This document shows, piece by piece, positions 47,690-60,886 of a stretch of DNA of 64,000 nucleotides. Source of the stretch: Balanoglossus misakiensis (lineage: Eukaryota > Animalia > Hemichordata); the NCBI GenBank assembly GCA_040954595.2, contig CM082579.2, positions 10,467,625 through 10,531,624 of the forward strand, given 5' to 3'. The position numbers and the translations under genes are program-made. Below the pieces are notes generated by a model. It searched no databases. It saw only the letters and a list, made by a program, of their open reading frames with translations, and was not told where the DNA came from. The first letter of the stretch is position 1, and each line of letters starts with the position of its first letter.

Positions 47690-50600
47690 ATGAAGCTGCT
47701 GATGATACTACTGGTGTTGTTCTACATACAAGACAGACGTGTACTGGTAGATTGCATGAATAATGGCCAAGCCAGAACTCCACCAATGGGTTGGATGGAT
47801 TGGGAGAGGTTTCGTTGCAATGTGGACTGTGCCAATGATCCGCTCAATTGCATTGGGTAAGATTCCAATTGAAGAAAGACGCCTAATTTCCAGTAATTAT
47901 CATTCTTTGAGAAAAAATGGCCACAAAATTGAAGAAATATCAGTACAGTTGAAATTTCTGTCAACTTGTACCTATCGTTTGGGAGAAGGCATTACCTGGT
48001 ATGCATCCTTGGTCATTTTGTAAAAGTGTTGGTGACTTCTTGGTGCTTTTTTATCCATTCCAGAGAAAAACTGTTCAGAGACATGGCTGATCACATGGTC
48101 AAAGATGGTTATAAAGACGCAGGCTATGAGTATGTCTGTATTGATGATTGCTGGATGTCCATGGAAAGAGATGCCAATGGCAAACTGTATGGTAATACAA
48201 CTCGATTTCCAAGCGGTATCAAAGCACTTGCAGACTATGTAAGTTGTGAGATCAGTTCCATTCTGGTGTAGTGGCTGCTATGGTACTAGCCTTTGGGGGT
48301 TGTCTTTTAAAATGTTTAAACAGTCTCTAGTTATTGCTGGTTTACATTAGGTAATGCTAGCTTATCTCAATAATGATGATGATGCGCCCCATAATGGACT
48401 CAAGCACAAATTGTACTCCATAATGTGCTTCACACATTATTTCGTAAAGTTTTCATTTTATCAAGTATTGGTCATTTGGGTGTACAGTTTATTTGAATAT
48501 TTACATGAATTTCATCTCTGCGAAATCCTGACGCTTGGTATAGCTTGATGCAGCATACAAAAATACCCTTTCAGAGATTTTGGCTTTCTGTCAATTTTTG
48601 AAGTCCAAAACCCCAAACATATATGATAGGGATTATAATTGTGATACTGACTACACAATTGAAAAATCCAGATTGACCTCATTTTGCAAAAAAAATATCG
48701 TATGGTTTCTGGTTTAACCCTTTCACCACCATGGTTCAGTCCAAACCCATCGTTGTACTGTGATTGAATATGAGAGTAACATATGACAATCAAAACTCAA
48801 TAGACTGGATCAAAACTAATTTATGCAATGCGCATATCTCAACTAGGTTCATTCCAAGGGGCTAAAGTTAGGAATCTATGAGGATTATGGAACGCACACA
48901 TGTGGTGGCTACCCAGGCAGTCTCGATCACCTCGAAGTCGATGCACAAACCTTTGCCGCTTGGGGTGTAGACTACTTAAAATTTGACGGTTGCTATGCTT
49001 CTCCTTCACAAATGGACAAAGGCTATCCACAGATGACACAGGCTCTGAATAGCACTGGGCGTCCGATAGTGTTTTCGTGTAGTTGGCCAGATTATCAGAG
49101 GGCAAAAGGCATGAAGGTAGGCATTGACATCTTTAATACTCGTTTGTACCGTAGGTTCACTCCAAAGGCTTGATGTTAGGTATTTACGGAGACTACGGTG
49201 ACAAGACATGCATGGGTTACCCGGGCTCCGTGAATCACTTGCACGTTGACGCGCAAACTCTGTCCGATTGGGGAGTTGACTTTTTCAAAGTGGACGCATG
49301 CCACGCTGACCCCAAAGACTTGAACGAAGGTTTTCCAAAATTGAGCAAAGCACTCAACAAAACAGGATCACCCATTGTATTTGCCACCACTTGGCCTCAC
49401 CACCAAGTCAAGCATGGCATTAAGGTAAGAGTCAGATACTCCGTCTGTAGTAGTATGTGACACAACCTTATATGCCGATGAAAATTGTTACATGTACATG
49501 TATCCCAGACCCACTAGGTGAACTTGCACCATAAAAATACACTGTGAATGAAATCCCAGCATGATCCCTTACATCAATTCATTTTGTACGTTACCTTAAT
49601 ACTTATTGCTCCCTGATGGAGTGGGTTTGTGTCCGACATTTGTCACTATGAGAGCAAAAATAACTGATAATTGAATGTATCAGTTCTAATAAAATAGGAG
49701 CATTGTTCTTTGACGTTGTGTACAGGTCATGTTTGAAAGTAGTGCGATATTTACAACCCAAAATGCTTATGTAAATTGTATGTGAATACAGATGACTAAT
49801 AATTAGCTTGGTGATGTTATACAGCCAAACTACACTCTGATTGGTGAAAACTGTAATCTGTGGAGGAACTACATTGACATCCAGGATTCATGGGAGAGTG
49901 TGACCAGTATCATTGATTATTACGCGAAGGAACACGACGTCTTGGCAGCAGCGCAGGGACCTGGTCAGTGGAATGATCCTGATGAGGTAAGACACAATGC
50001 CAGATGTTCATCTGTCTGTGGAAACATGTTTTCGGCCAGACCCGTTCACACCTGGGTTTTTTTTTTGCTTGGCCAAGTACCTTGCTAGGACAAGGGCCTA
50101 GCCTTTTTGGGTAATGTGAACGGCCTAATAAGCTCATATACTCAGTACATGTACATAGAGTCACTGATAGTGGTATACAACATGTTTGATATTTAGATTA
50201 TATGTAATTGTTTGGTACGGGTCTGGGTAATTGTTTCTCTTGAACACAATTTTGAAGGTTATTTTGATCGTTTTTTTCTCAGAAATGCAAAATATTTGAT
50301 TTGAACTCTTATTTGAATTTAATCATATACACTCTGCTGCCTCTTTCCCACACTTAGGTTTTATTTCACGGTGAGTGTTTCGTAAAACGTAATGGCCAAT
50401 TGGGGTATCTCCAATTGGTTTTCTGCCTGGTTTCTTTCGTAAGGGCATGAGCAATATGACATCGGGGAGGGTACATGTCATGAATATACATGTACCAGGA
50501 TATAATTTTTGATACCAAGATGGTGCGTGTATTGTAGCTACGCATGGCTGGTGTCGCTCTTGAATGTGATAACAAGTGTGAAGTTGTTTTTGAATGGTTT

Positions 50601-52085
50601 TACCAAGACTTCATTTTTTTGTTTTTCTTCAAATCACAATTTTAAGCTCCCATTTGGGCTATGGTAGCTTCCACGCAAATGTATTTGTGTATCATATAAC
50701 ATCAATTTATAATCACTAACTGAACATGGCTATGGGTACCACAAATCATGTCTACCAATCAAGACAGTCCTTTTATAGGTCACATCTTTGGGTTTCATGC
50801 TCTTGTGGATTGTCATTTGCATGAGCCCTAGATGAGTGGAGCAATTGCAGAAAAAGAATTTACTGGTCGGATTATTGCTACAATTCTTTACCTGTATATA
50901 ATAAGTCTTGGTAATAACAAAATCTTCCCTTATATGTACCGGTATTCTGTTAGATGAGTCACCTGCCATGTCAGGATTCAGCATGAATAGCAAGTTGCTA
51001 TAATGAAATCCATATTTCCTCTATTTTCAGTTGATCATTGGTGACTTCTCTCTGAGTTACGACCAGTCGAAGGCTCATATGGCAATGTGGGCAATATTTG
51101 CAGCACCACTGATGATGTCCACTGACTTGAGATCAATTCGCCCTGATGCAAGGGAAATTCTACTCAACAAAGAGATTATAGCTGTCAACCAAGACCCACT
51201 TGGTAAAATGGGAAAACGAGTAATTCAGGTATGTATTTGTGGATAGTGTAATTAGTATGTATGTGACTATGTATCTGTGTATGCATACACACACACATAC
51301 ATACAATGTATACATGAATACATATGGTACACATGCATGCATGTATGTACTGGTACGTGTACCAGTATATATAATGTATTGGGCTTCCCAATCCATTTTA
51401 CCAGGCTTACTCTCATCAGAATGTATTTCCATTTTTCTTCAGTCTTTGATGAGATATTTGAATGTTTGATGTACATGTATCTGTATAAAATTGTAGCAAA
51501 GGTTTACTTGTGTTATCCTATCCATAGTTCTGTAGTTTCAATGGTCAATTTATGCTACATAAATATCACCTCATCCATATAATATCCTCTGTGTCTGCAT
51601 CTGACACCTTTGAGTGACTCAGAGGCCCAAGGGGGAAATGTTTGAAAATGTTCAAACAATGACACCACTACAATGAATACAGTCAGCCCACACTGCATTT
51701 TGGTCAATAACAGTGTCTTACAGTTATAATATACTTCAATGTTATAATTATGATACATGTCATTAGATGAAAATTCTTATTCAACTCAAATCTATTTTTT
51801 TTTTGTCAGAAAAATAAAATTGAAGTGTGGACTAAAGAACTCGACAACAAAAACTATGCAACGGTGTTTCTAAACAGAAGAACAGACGGAATGCCACGGA
51901 GTTTTGGTCTGACTTTAGCAGCGATGGGATATGATACAGCGTTTCAAAACTATGCTCTCAGAGATGTCTTCTACCATAAACCTCTTGGATCCTTTGGCAT
52001 CAATGACACTTTCACGGCAACTATAAACCCATCAGGTGTTGTCATGGTAACAGCATCATCCAATCAAATTGGAGATAGCCAGTGA
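47690..52085 (+). CDS. GH27 alpha-N-acetylgalactosaminidase / alpha-galactosidase A-like enzyme, about 415 aa per isoform, with a duplicated alternative exon 3
   Basis: Exons 47690-47856 (signal peptide, [16 protein letters not shown]), 48064-48238 ([23 protein letters not shown]), 3a 48847-49116 or 3b 49155-49424, 49825-49986 ([23 protein letters not shown]), 51031-51228 ([21 protein letters not shown]), 51810-52085. All GT-AG. Confidence 0.94.
48847..49116 (+). CDS. GH27 alternative exon 3a (canonical active-site version)
   Basis: ag|[25 protein letters not shown]...[19 protein letters not shown]...[25 protein letters not shown]|gtag; 270 nt, phase 0-0; missed by the ORF track. Confidence 0.92.
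49155..49424 (+). CDS. GH27 alternative exon 3b (divergent active-site version)
   Basis: ag|[25 protein letters not shown]...[19 protein letters not shown]...[25 protein letters not shown]|gtaag; 270 nt, phase 0-0, no stops. Confidence 0.9.
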
Positions 52086-52155
52086 AGATTGGGCAGTCGG
52101 TATGTGTCTGTGTCTCTCTATCAGGCTATGTACACAAGATCTCAATAACAATTAA

Positions 52156-52457
52156 AGCGCCTAGCTCGTCTCACACGCATGTTCCAGCTGTAGCCGCTGG
52201 TTACAGACGTTTAGTGAACAGTCAATCCCATAAGGCAGTGCTCTGTCCTATCAATAGAGAAGATGGCAGCGACCATAATCTGTGTCTGAGATCGTGAAAA
52301 GACACCAACTTGGGTGAAAAGGAGGGACAAAACCAGAATCTACTTATACGGTGCGCATGAAATATGGAAGGAAGCGAAGGCAGTCCACTATTTGAATGCA
52401 TCGAATAGAAAATTTGCTGGGAAGTTACGCGCATGCGCGTGAGACGATCTATTGCCT
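52156..52457. mobile_element. Diverged TTAA-flanked MITE downstream of the GH27 stop codon
   Basis: TTAA|agcgcctagctcgtctcac ... gtgagacgatctattgcct|TTAA imperfect TIR. Confidence 0.5.
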
Positions 52458-53705
52458 TTAAACAGACAGTTTCATAATGACAAGAACTTGTTAGATTTTT
52501 GCTGGGTGTGCATATTAATTAATGTATCAGTGATCATTTTTGAGAGTGGTCTTCTATAGAGAGCACATTTACAGAATCAGCATATACACTTAATTCTGGC
52601 TGCCTTAAATACGTTTTCACTTTGCGCTAGGGGGTTAAATCACATTGCATTCTGGGCGAAAAGTCGACAACCCACTGTAGTAAGAGATAGAAGAAATGAT
52701 ATGTTTACTGTATTTCATGACTTCCTTTGGTCAAACATGTCTGTCTTTGTAGTTGGCATATTAAACTCATTAAACTTTTTCACATTTTGTTATTTTTTCT
52801 GTTAAAAAGTTTCAGAATGACCCATCATCACTTTTAGAGCTTATGAACTCCCATTTCTTAAACATGGCAAAAATCGGCCATCTTGAAATTGTGTTAACCA
52901 TATGAGATTTTCATCACTCACTTAATTAAGGCAGGGATAAATCTCCTCCTACAGGAGAGAATCCCGCAAAGTTATGGTGGTACTTTCTGTGCCCTGTCAA
53001 TTATCTCCTTATTTGCATGTTTAATGAACATTTTCAATTACTGAATGTATTTTTCTGAAATTACTGCACCACATTTGAAATGTACCACAGTTATTGATCT
53101 GACAATCTCCTTGCATGTGAATGGTTATAAATCTCCAATTTATTTGTATTTCCACTTCACACAAGACTTGGTTCAAGTCGATGATTTTACCAAAATAAAA
53201 ATATTTTGCAACAGATTAAATTCATGTATATCTTTTATTTCAAGTTTGCCACACACACCCCCCCCCCCAGCCTGGAGAAGCTTTTCATAGCAATTGATGA
53301 ATATATTGGAGCTGAGTCTGCACTGTAGTCAGTTCATACACAATTACATAATTACATAGCATTAAAGTAAATCCATCCTCACGAAAGTTCTGAGCTGATT
53401 TCAGACGGCCATCCCAATCTGATCCACACTATTGTCAACTTCGACCATCACAAGTTTAAATCTCGACAGGATTTTCCAACTAAATGAAACAAGTCTGCTT
53501 ATACCCCCCTAAGCGCAATCATACCAACTTGTGTCAGTGAAGTTTGTATGTCCAAAATTCTGTTGCTAAAGGAAATCAGTTAACGCTTTCACATATTACC
53601 TTATTCATGAGCTCTAAAGAACAAATAAATATAGTCTAATTACATTAACATTACATTCAGGAATTTAATAGCAGTAATTCCAAATGAAAGTTGTCAAGAA
53701 AAAAA

Positions 53706-54818
53706 TCACTGTAATTCCAAGTAACCATTGGCTTCTTGCTTCTTTCTATCTTTCAAATTCTGACGCCAAGTTATAACTGCTACCAAGCCCGAACTGAAGA
53801 GCACTAAGCAAGCTCCAAGTATCTCCCACAAACTGGGTATTCTATCGACTACAATGTACTCCAAAGAATAGGCTGCTACTACCTCCACGTTAAATAATAA
53901 CGTCGACGTAGACGCTGTCTGAAGTTGTAGGCACCGATAAGACGCCCATTGCGCAAAGGCCGTCGATAAAGCGACGCCTGCAAACTGGCCCATCGTTTTC
54001 GATTCTATATCCCAATCCACTTCGCCAAACAAGTACATGGCGGGGAGTGACACCAGGGAGGCGATGATGGCGTCGTAGAATAATGATGTCAATACATGAA
54101 GACGTTCTCCTAACCCACGTGCTACGACATAGGCGGTGGCAAAACCCACAGCACTTGCCACTGCCATCACGTTGCCCAAGAGAATCCTCCGACTTTCATC
54201 CTCTTCATCGGTCTCGTCACCAACATCGCCATGTTCACCCCCACCTCCTCCTCCATCACCATCGCCAAAAATGAAGGTTGGTTGTGTAATCATCAAAACT
54301 CCACTAACATTCAATACTATGGTGATCGCATCTTGTATACGAAGCATCTCTTTCAATGCGACGCAGGCAAAAAGAGACGTGAAGACCGGTAGAAGACCGT
54401 TGGTGATTGCGGTGACGTTGCCCGTGGATATCAACGTCAAAGCCACCACGTCTCCAACCATACCAACTGTGTAGCCGATGCCTTTACCAATAACCAGCGC
54501 AAAATCTTTCACACTTTCAAGCTTCAGTTTGACACGGTGGAAAATCATAGGCGGAACCACCACCAATCCAATCGCCAGGACGCTGATGAAGTTGATTTGC
54601 AAGGCAGGTACATCGTATCCAATCAGATGAACGAATATTGAACATGTAGCGAAAGAAATGCCCGACGTAAGTCCCAGCGCTACACCATACCCTGTCGTCA
54701 AGACTCGCTTCGTACTTTCCCAACACGTGTCGTCTTCTTTGTAGCGGCCATGATCACTGCTGAGAGTGCCATTACTGACGGGAGATGTCCCGTCTAGTAG
54801 CTGATTCTTGTCAGTCAT
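53706..54818 (-). CDS. SLC35G-like EamA/DMT drug-metabolite transporter, 370 aa, single coding exon
   Basis: About 10 hydrophobic segments in two EamA-like halves (PVFTSLFACVALKE, GVLMITQPTFIFG, EVVAAY, PSLWEILGACLV). A pyrimidine-rich acceptor 7 nt upstream of the ATG suggests a 5'UTR intron. Confidence 0.88.
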   Translation of the reverse strand: MTDKNQLLDGTSPVSNGTLSSDHGRYKEDDTCWESTKRVLTTGYGVALGLTSGISFATCSIFVHLIGYDVPALQINFISVLAIGLVVVPPMIFHRVKLKLESVKDFALVIGKGIGYTVGMVGDVVALTLISTGNVTAITNGLLPVFTSLFACVALKEMLRIQDAITIVLNVSGVLMITQPTFIFGDGDGGGGGGEHGDVGDETDEEDESRRILLGNVMAVASAVGFATAYVVARGLGERLHVLTSLFYDAIIASLVSLPAMYLFGEVDWDIESKTMGQFAGVALSTAFAQWASYRCLQLQTASTSTLLFNVEVVAAYSLEYIVVDRIPSLWEILGACLVLFSSGLVAVITWRQNLKDRKKQEANGYLELQ

Positions 54819-55910
54819 CTTACAACTACGGATATAAAGGTAAACGGAAGAAAGTAAAATCGTGTGGTGTCTTCAAAAAATCTTTAAAAAACATTCTTAG
54901 ATCTATATACTATCCAACAATAACCTTCTAGCACATCGCAAACCTGGTCCCATGCATAGCATAGCTATTATACAAAAAGTCATATTGTAATCTTATACCA
55001 ACCCGAGTTTTTGTAAATGCCCGAGAAAGAAGAAGCAAGCAGTCCAATCGCTAATTCATTAACCAGGTAGTTAGACACCCGCCAGATGCTTGACACCAAA
55101 TGGTTTGTTTCTGAGGCCCAGCAGAAGTCGATCAAACAGACAACCACACATCCGAACACTCTCAATATATTTGCAACAAAAATAGATTCGCAACCCTCCT
55201 TTATATGAGTGGGTTGATGGATTAAAAAAATATGAAACATATGGCATCGACCACATTAAGTGCAATCATGTATTTAATGACCAAATTGAGTTTTCGATCC
55301 GTAATAATTTAAACAATTAATACCAAAAGTTTTACAGTGTACACGTGAAGGTTATTGCTATTACAGTTAGCGAACTTGATAAACGTTTGTGACAAAAATA
55401 TGATGAGATAAAATAACTGTAATGATGCATAGACATAATTATATAGTGTGTGACTTGAAAGTTTATAAAATATAACATAGACTGCAGTTCATTTTGTCAC
55501 CTGTTCAGAAAAGAATGCAAAATTATCATTCGTAGGACGGAGAGCGCGATGACTAGAATCATATACCGAACATGGAAAGTGAACAAACACCGTCGAAGTA
55601 TAAGGTTACCTTGGCCAATTTTTATTTTTCCGGTTGAAATTTCTGATCCTACCAGCACTAAGGTTTCTATTACTACCGGTAGATGTGATGGGTGATGGAA
55701 TACCTGAGCCATATGGAGAATTGTTTTTTTTTTAAATAATTATAAATTTATAAATACAAAAATAAACGGCAACCTTCCTTTCCGGCATAATGGCGTTCGT
55801 AAACTTTCTCCAGATAACGGGATACTTTATAACACCATAGTTCATGAATATGTAATTAAGTACAATGTACATGTTATATGTGCTTCGAGTTTCGTTGCCT
55901 AACATCGGAA

Positions 55911-56001
55911 GATAATTTACGTACAAACGACAAAACCAGCATGTTATATAAACATCGTACGATAATTTACGTACAAACGACAAAACCAGCATGTTATATA
56001 A
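55911..56001. repeat. Two-copy tandem duplication, 50-bp period
   Basis: gataatttacgtacaaacgacaaaaccagcatgttatataaa occurs at 55911 and 55961. Confidence 0.85.
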
Positions 56002-59000
56002 AATTATGAACGGGTAACTTTAGCTTCTTGTTTTATTTTAGAGTTAATATTTGAATATATCCATTGGTCAAAATTTTGTCCGATTACATGTACAAATTTG
56101 ACTACAATTTGAACAAAGACAAGCATACAATGTTCACGGACGCCGGATAACCACCCTATCTGATAAGCTCCGCCTCCCTGGCAGCGGAGCTAAAAGACGA
56201 AAAGACCATAGACTACCATCTACCAGTTGAACTGGTGTAGGACGAACTTTTGTATCGGTAGCAAACAGATGACCGCAAACGACTGTCCCTTATCTCTGCC
56301 ACTTGTTGCTAGAAAGAGCAGACGACAGAGTGAATGCGTGACCTACAATCTGCCAATATGAAAAGATCGTGTTCTTGGATACTCCCGCAAGTCTTTGACA
56401 ACTGCAACAGCGTTTTTCATTGAGATTTTTTGTGTTTTGAATTGGTTTGCGAATTACATGTTTCAGACAAAAGGGGTCTGCTTTATTTTGATATCACGTC
56501 ATGTCAAAGGGTGGAGTATATACCCGCCTGTCGGTTCCTGATTGGTCTGTCAGAATTCATTGTATTGATAACAAATTAAGGCTTGACTACGACCGGCACA
56601 ACTTGATTGAAGTATTCAAGCACTCCCTCCGTTATCATTGATTACAGAGGACGATTTGAACAAGCCGGGGACACGGTCAGGTCACACGCTATACTCTACC
56701 GCCATTCAGTATAGTGATGCGCATGTAATGGAATTTATTAATATTTTATAGTATCTCAATTTATAAACTTTTAGACGACCGGATTGGCCCAGTGACTCTA
56801 TCTTACCCTGGGCTACGACCACGCTACTAGATAATTGTCCACTACTGTACGGGTAAGTTTCGACTCGATATTATCAAAATACGGCAAGATAAATGCATGA
56901 TTTTTTAAGAAATTTATAGTGATGGTCAAAACGGTACTTTATTTTCTTATTGCTAAGAGGTGTTTTCGCTGATTGTACAGCAGTAGATAGTAGATGTATT
57001 TAAATCGCACATATCTTCATGGTCCATTTTCTGCTTCCCTTGTGGGGCGGGGGGCGGGGTAGTAACCATACACTACGCCTGTGCGAAGTGAACAGATCAT
57101 TGCGATGCTGATGATTATGCATCAAGTTGCATGTGTGTAATGTTGCTACTGTGACACAACCTACTCTATTGAGATCTCTGAATATGTGAGAAGAAATGAA
57201 GTATACATTGAAATTATGATGTCATGGCCTCACAGGTGTTTTTAACCTTGAACTTTTAAATGCTTGTCAATATTCCCCTAAGTATCTTTTTAACGATGGC
57301 ATGTAACGTTAAACACAATCCAAATTACGGACCTTGTATGGCAAGTGTAAGTACATATATTTGTTATGTAGTACGAGGCTATCAAATTGAATCCTATTGT
57401 TGACTAAAAATCCAGGTACATTTCGTCGTCGTATCCCGAGCACGTAGCAGGCCCCGTGACTTTACATTGTTGTCTTTCTTGTACATGTACTATAAAATAC
57501 ATGTTTCTTGTTTTTCCTTTGTGCTTTAATTAAAGCAACATTCAGTTGTAAGTTTTTATGAATGATGTGAACCCTCTGTTCATAGTACCGGCCCGATGCG
57601 GGATGTCACAGGTTATAGTTGAGAAACGTTTATCGATATTTTGTGTACATGTAATACAATTACCCCATATTGATTCAATACGCTTTGAAAAACTGACACA
57701 CGAGAAACCAGAATTCGGAGTTGCTTGGTTTTAATTTTCCTCGATTGAAATATTTTATAGTTTTAATATCTTGCCTACTGGTGCTGAATCTGTTTCAAGG
57801 ATGTCAACGGGTAATGTTTTATATAAAACATTTTCAGACCAGCGAGGATATCAAATAGTACATCCCTAATTATGATCTTGTGGTTGACAGTTTACTTTCA
57901 ACGGTGCCCAAAATCGCACCATCTCGGCTGTTGCATTTGCGAAGGGGACCTTGTGAATCATCAGCTCTGAGATTGCATCATAAACAGAAAGGCGCTTACA
58001 AGTCTAGTGAGGACACGCACATATCAGCAAGTGACCTTATTTGTCATAAATCGGTCATATCCCAGTTTTTTCCCGAATTTTGGTGATCAATTCGACAATA
58101 CGGTAATCTCACATATTCTTCTCGTGTTTTTGGTTGTCAATATGGAATTCGGTTTTCTCAAGCGGTTTATACAAGCCCTCAACTAGATCGGTTGGAAAGT
58201 ATAGATCGGAAACGTTTGATACCAGAAATCAAGGGTTCAGATATAATCAGACTGATAAATATCTGCGATTTGGCAGTTAAATAGAGACATCACTAAGCAA
58301 AGGGCTAAAAGCATGTTAATTGAGGTCAGCGTCTCAGCCAGGTCAAGCCAGGCCATACTCTGGGCGATTCCCTTGTCATGAAACAAAATATCACTCAAAG
58401 TACTAATGATTCACCAATGCAAATTATATACAGACGAGCAATTTAAATATCTGATATCGGAAATTAATTGATACACAGTTAATCGGCGTTAGCAAGTGTG
58501 CGCGTTATCCCAAGTTTAAATGAAAAATTGCATATAAGTGGTATTTATGGTTCATAGTCTCCGGGTCGCCTGAGGTCCAGGTGACACTATTACTAAATGA
58601 TGAATGATATCGTGGACCTTTTTGCGAATTGTACCATCCAACTGACCTCAGACAAGGTGTCCCGCCAGACGATCGTATAAACCAAGCAGATAGCTGATAA
58701 TGAGTACGGTCATCTTGATTATAAAAAAGGGTTACCATGTTAGCGGAACTGGGTCATGGTAAAGCACATCCCATCCAGGCCAAAGCCCAACCGTTGCATG
58801 GTATTGGTCTGGATGGCCCATTTGGCTTTGACGTGTAAAGAAAGATATGAATGATGTTGTCATTCTATACAGGTGACTACGTGTTCCAAAGCACAGAAGA
58901 GTGAAGTGTTCTGACTAATGTAACCCTAACGTATCGTAGCGAAGTCGGATGTGAATAAAACATTTATTTGTCACAATATCATCGCCATTTCTACTTTTTT

Positions 59001-60213
59001 TTCGATTTTGAAATTACTTTTGCAGAAAAGAGCATAGTAATTATCATCTCTTCTTTCCAAATAAGCACTTGCGCTGTGACTTGTGTTTTTTTTCGTCACG
59101 AAGGGAATTCGATGTGGTTTTGGTTTAGGTAAAAATCATACTTTGCGAAATAAAAAAAATGCAAAACGTGCTTAGCGAGATTGTCCTAAGACAATGGGAA
59201 TTTTTCTGATTGTTTTTTTTTACCGGAATTAGGCAAACTCTGGCTTGATTTTTAAACACGAATTTTGACCTGCGTGTCTGTTAACATTAAATCACATAGA
59301 CAAATTATGCGTAAATTGTCAAAGGTCAACGGCTATATAAATCATCACATTGTGTGTAGAACACGATTAATTTTGGTTTGTCATTTGAAATATAAACAGA
59401 TTCTCAGTTTACCATTACGTGCCGGAGGTAGCTGTCACGAAAAACACTACGATTTTGAGCTCTTTGACCTATAACAATAAAATTGAAGTAAGACGGAGGA
59501 TTTGACGTCATCATGTAAAACGTGTTTTTGTTCAAATATGTCATATAGGCAATACTGAACGAATCAAAAATCCATACCCACAAAGTCGAGCATTGTTCAT
59601 ACAGCAAACCCACCCCGCTGTTAAAATAATTTGTTTTCCCAATACATTGTCGTCTGTGAGGGATTCATTTCTCAGTCTGTACATTTCTGTGACTTTGCAT
59701 TATGTTTCTGACCCCCCATACATTCTAATTATTGATATAAACCAGTGCACATCTACAGTTTAAGGAAACCTCATGTTATTTACACACGGTCCCTCCACAC
59801 GACAGCACATGCGCTCGTCTGATCTGTAGCCCGCTACCCCGATAACTGCGATTCCTTGTGAAGTGACTGTCTTAAATACCCATAACCATAGTCACGGTCC
59901 CTCGATCCTTGGTCAGGAACGGGTACCTGGGTCAAAGCTGCTCACTGTGGCGAAGAAATTGACACAAATCGACCACTATTCCGAAACTTCGATACATTCT
60001 CAATCATTTGAGGAGTGACCGTACTATCAATTTGACGTTGGATAGGGGCTGTGGGCATGCCCACAACCCTTATCACAATTTGTAATGTTTGCCGATTGCG
60101 TGTGGTGTGATCGGAGACGAATGTTGGCACTAAAAGTGTTCGGCCTACGCCACGAGTCCATCCAATACTCACCATCAATAATGAACTCAATGTCAACTTT
60201 AACTACATGTATA

Positions 60214-60380
60214 AACTAACTAACTAACTAACTAACTAACTCACTCACTCACTCACTCACTCACTCACTCACTCACTCACTCACTCACTCACTCACTAAC
60301 AAACTAACTAGCTGACTCAAGGCTGTTTGACTGACTGGCTGGCTGGCTGACTGGCTGACTGACTGAATGACTAATTGACT
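60214..60380. repeat. Compound tetranucleotide microsatellite (ACTA)n(ACTC)n(GACT/GGCT)n
   Basis: Direct reading of the sequence. Confidence 0.92.
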
Positions 60381-60886
60381 GGAATCACTACTATTTAACT
60401 TGTAGCTTGTAACAAGAATAGTATTGTATATAATAATTGTGAAAGCTAGCATGGGACATTTCGCAGAACAAACGACATGCCATTTTTTTCGTTTTCACAT
60501 ACCGCAGCCTCCATTCGATCAGTGGTAAATATAGCTGGTGGTGTATGTAAGGCCAGTTGGATTGGTGTAAAATTTTCAAAAAATCAGTCTGTTTCTAAAT
60601 CTTGATAGTCACACACCGCAGCCAGGCCGTGCGAAACGGCCGCAGGGAAGCTTAATGACAATTATACATGTATATGTGCCTTCGTCGCTGACAACCTTCT
60701 TTACCATGTTTACGGCGGCAACTACTTCATGAAAAGTACTAGGCCTACCAGTATTTTTAACTGACGATTGGGTAAAAAAAAGATACCATTTCATTTCCCC
60801 GTAAGTGTAATTTTACCTCCACATTGATAAAGGATGGCCTTATTATTACCCCCATAAAAATCGACGAACATTGCCTGATAAGGTTA

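Noticed and set aside
49117-49154. Constitutive 38-nt intron joining exons 3a and 3b
   Set aside because: Far shorter than any other intron in the window (all over 100 nt), and co-inclusion would duplicate part of the TIM barrel; retention would frameshift.
55000-60200. Short ORFs upstream of the SLC35G-like gene
   Set aside because: No recognisable domains or consistent splice pattern; treated as intronic or intergenic.
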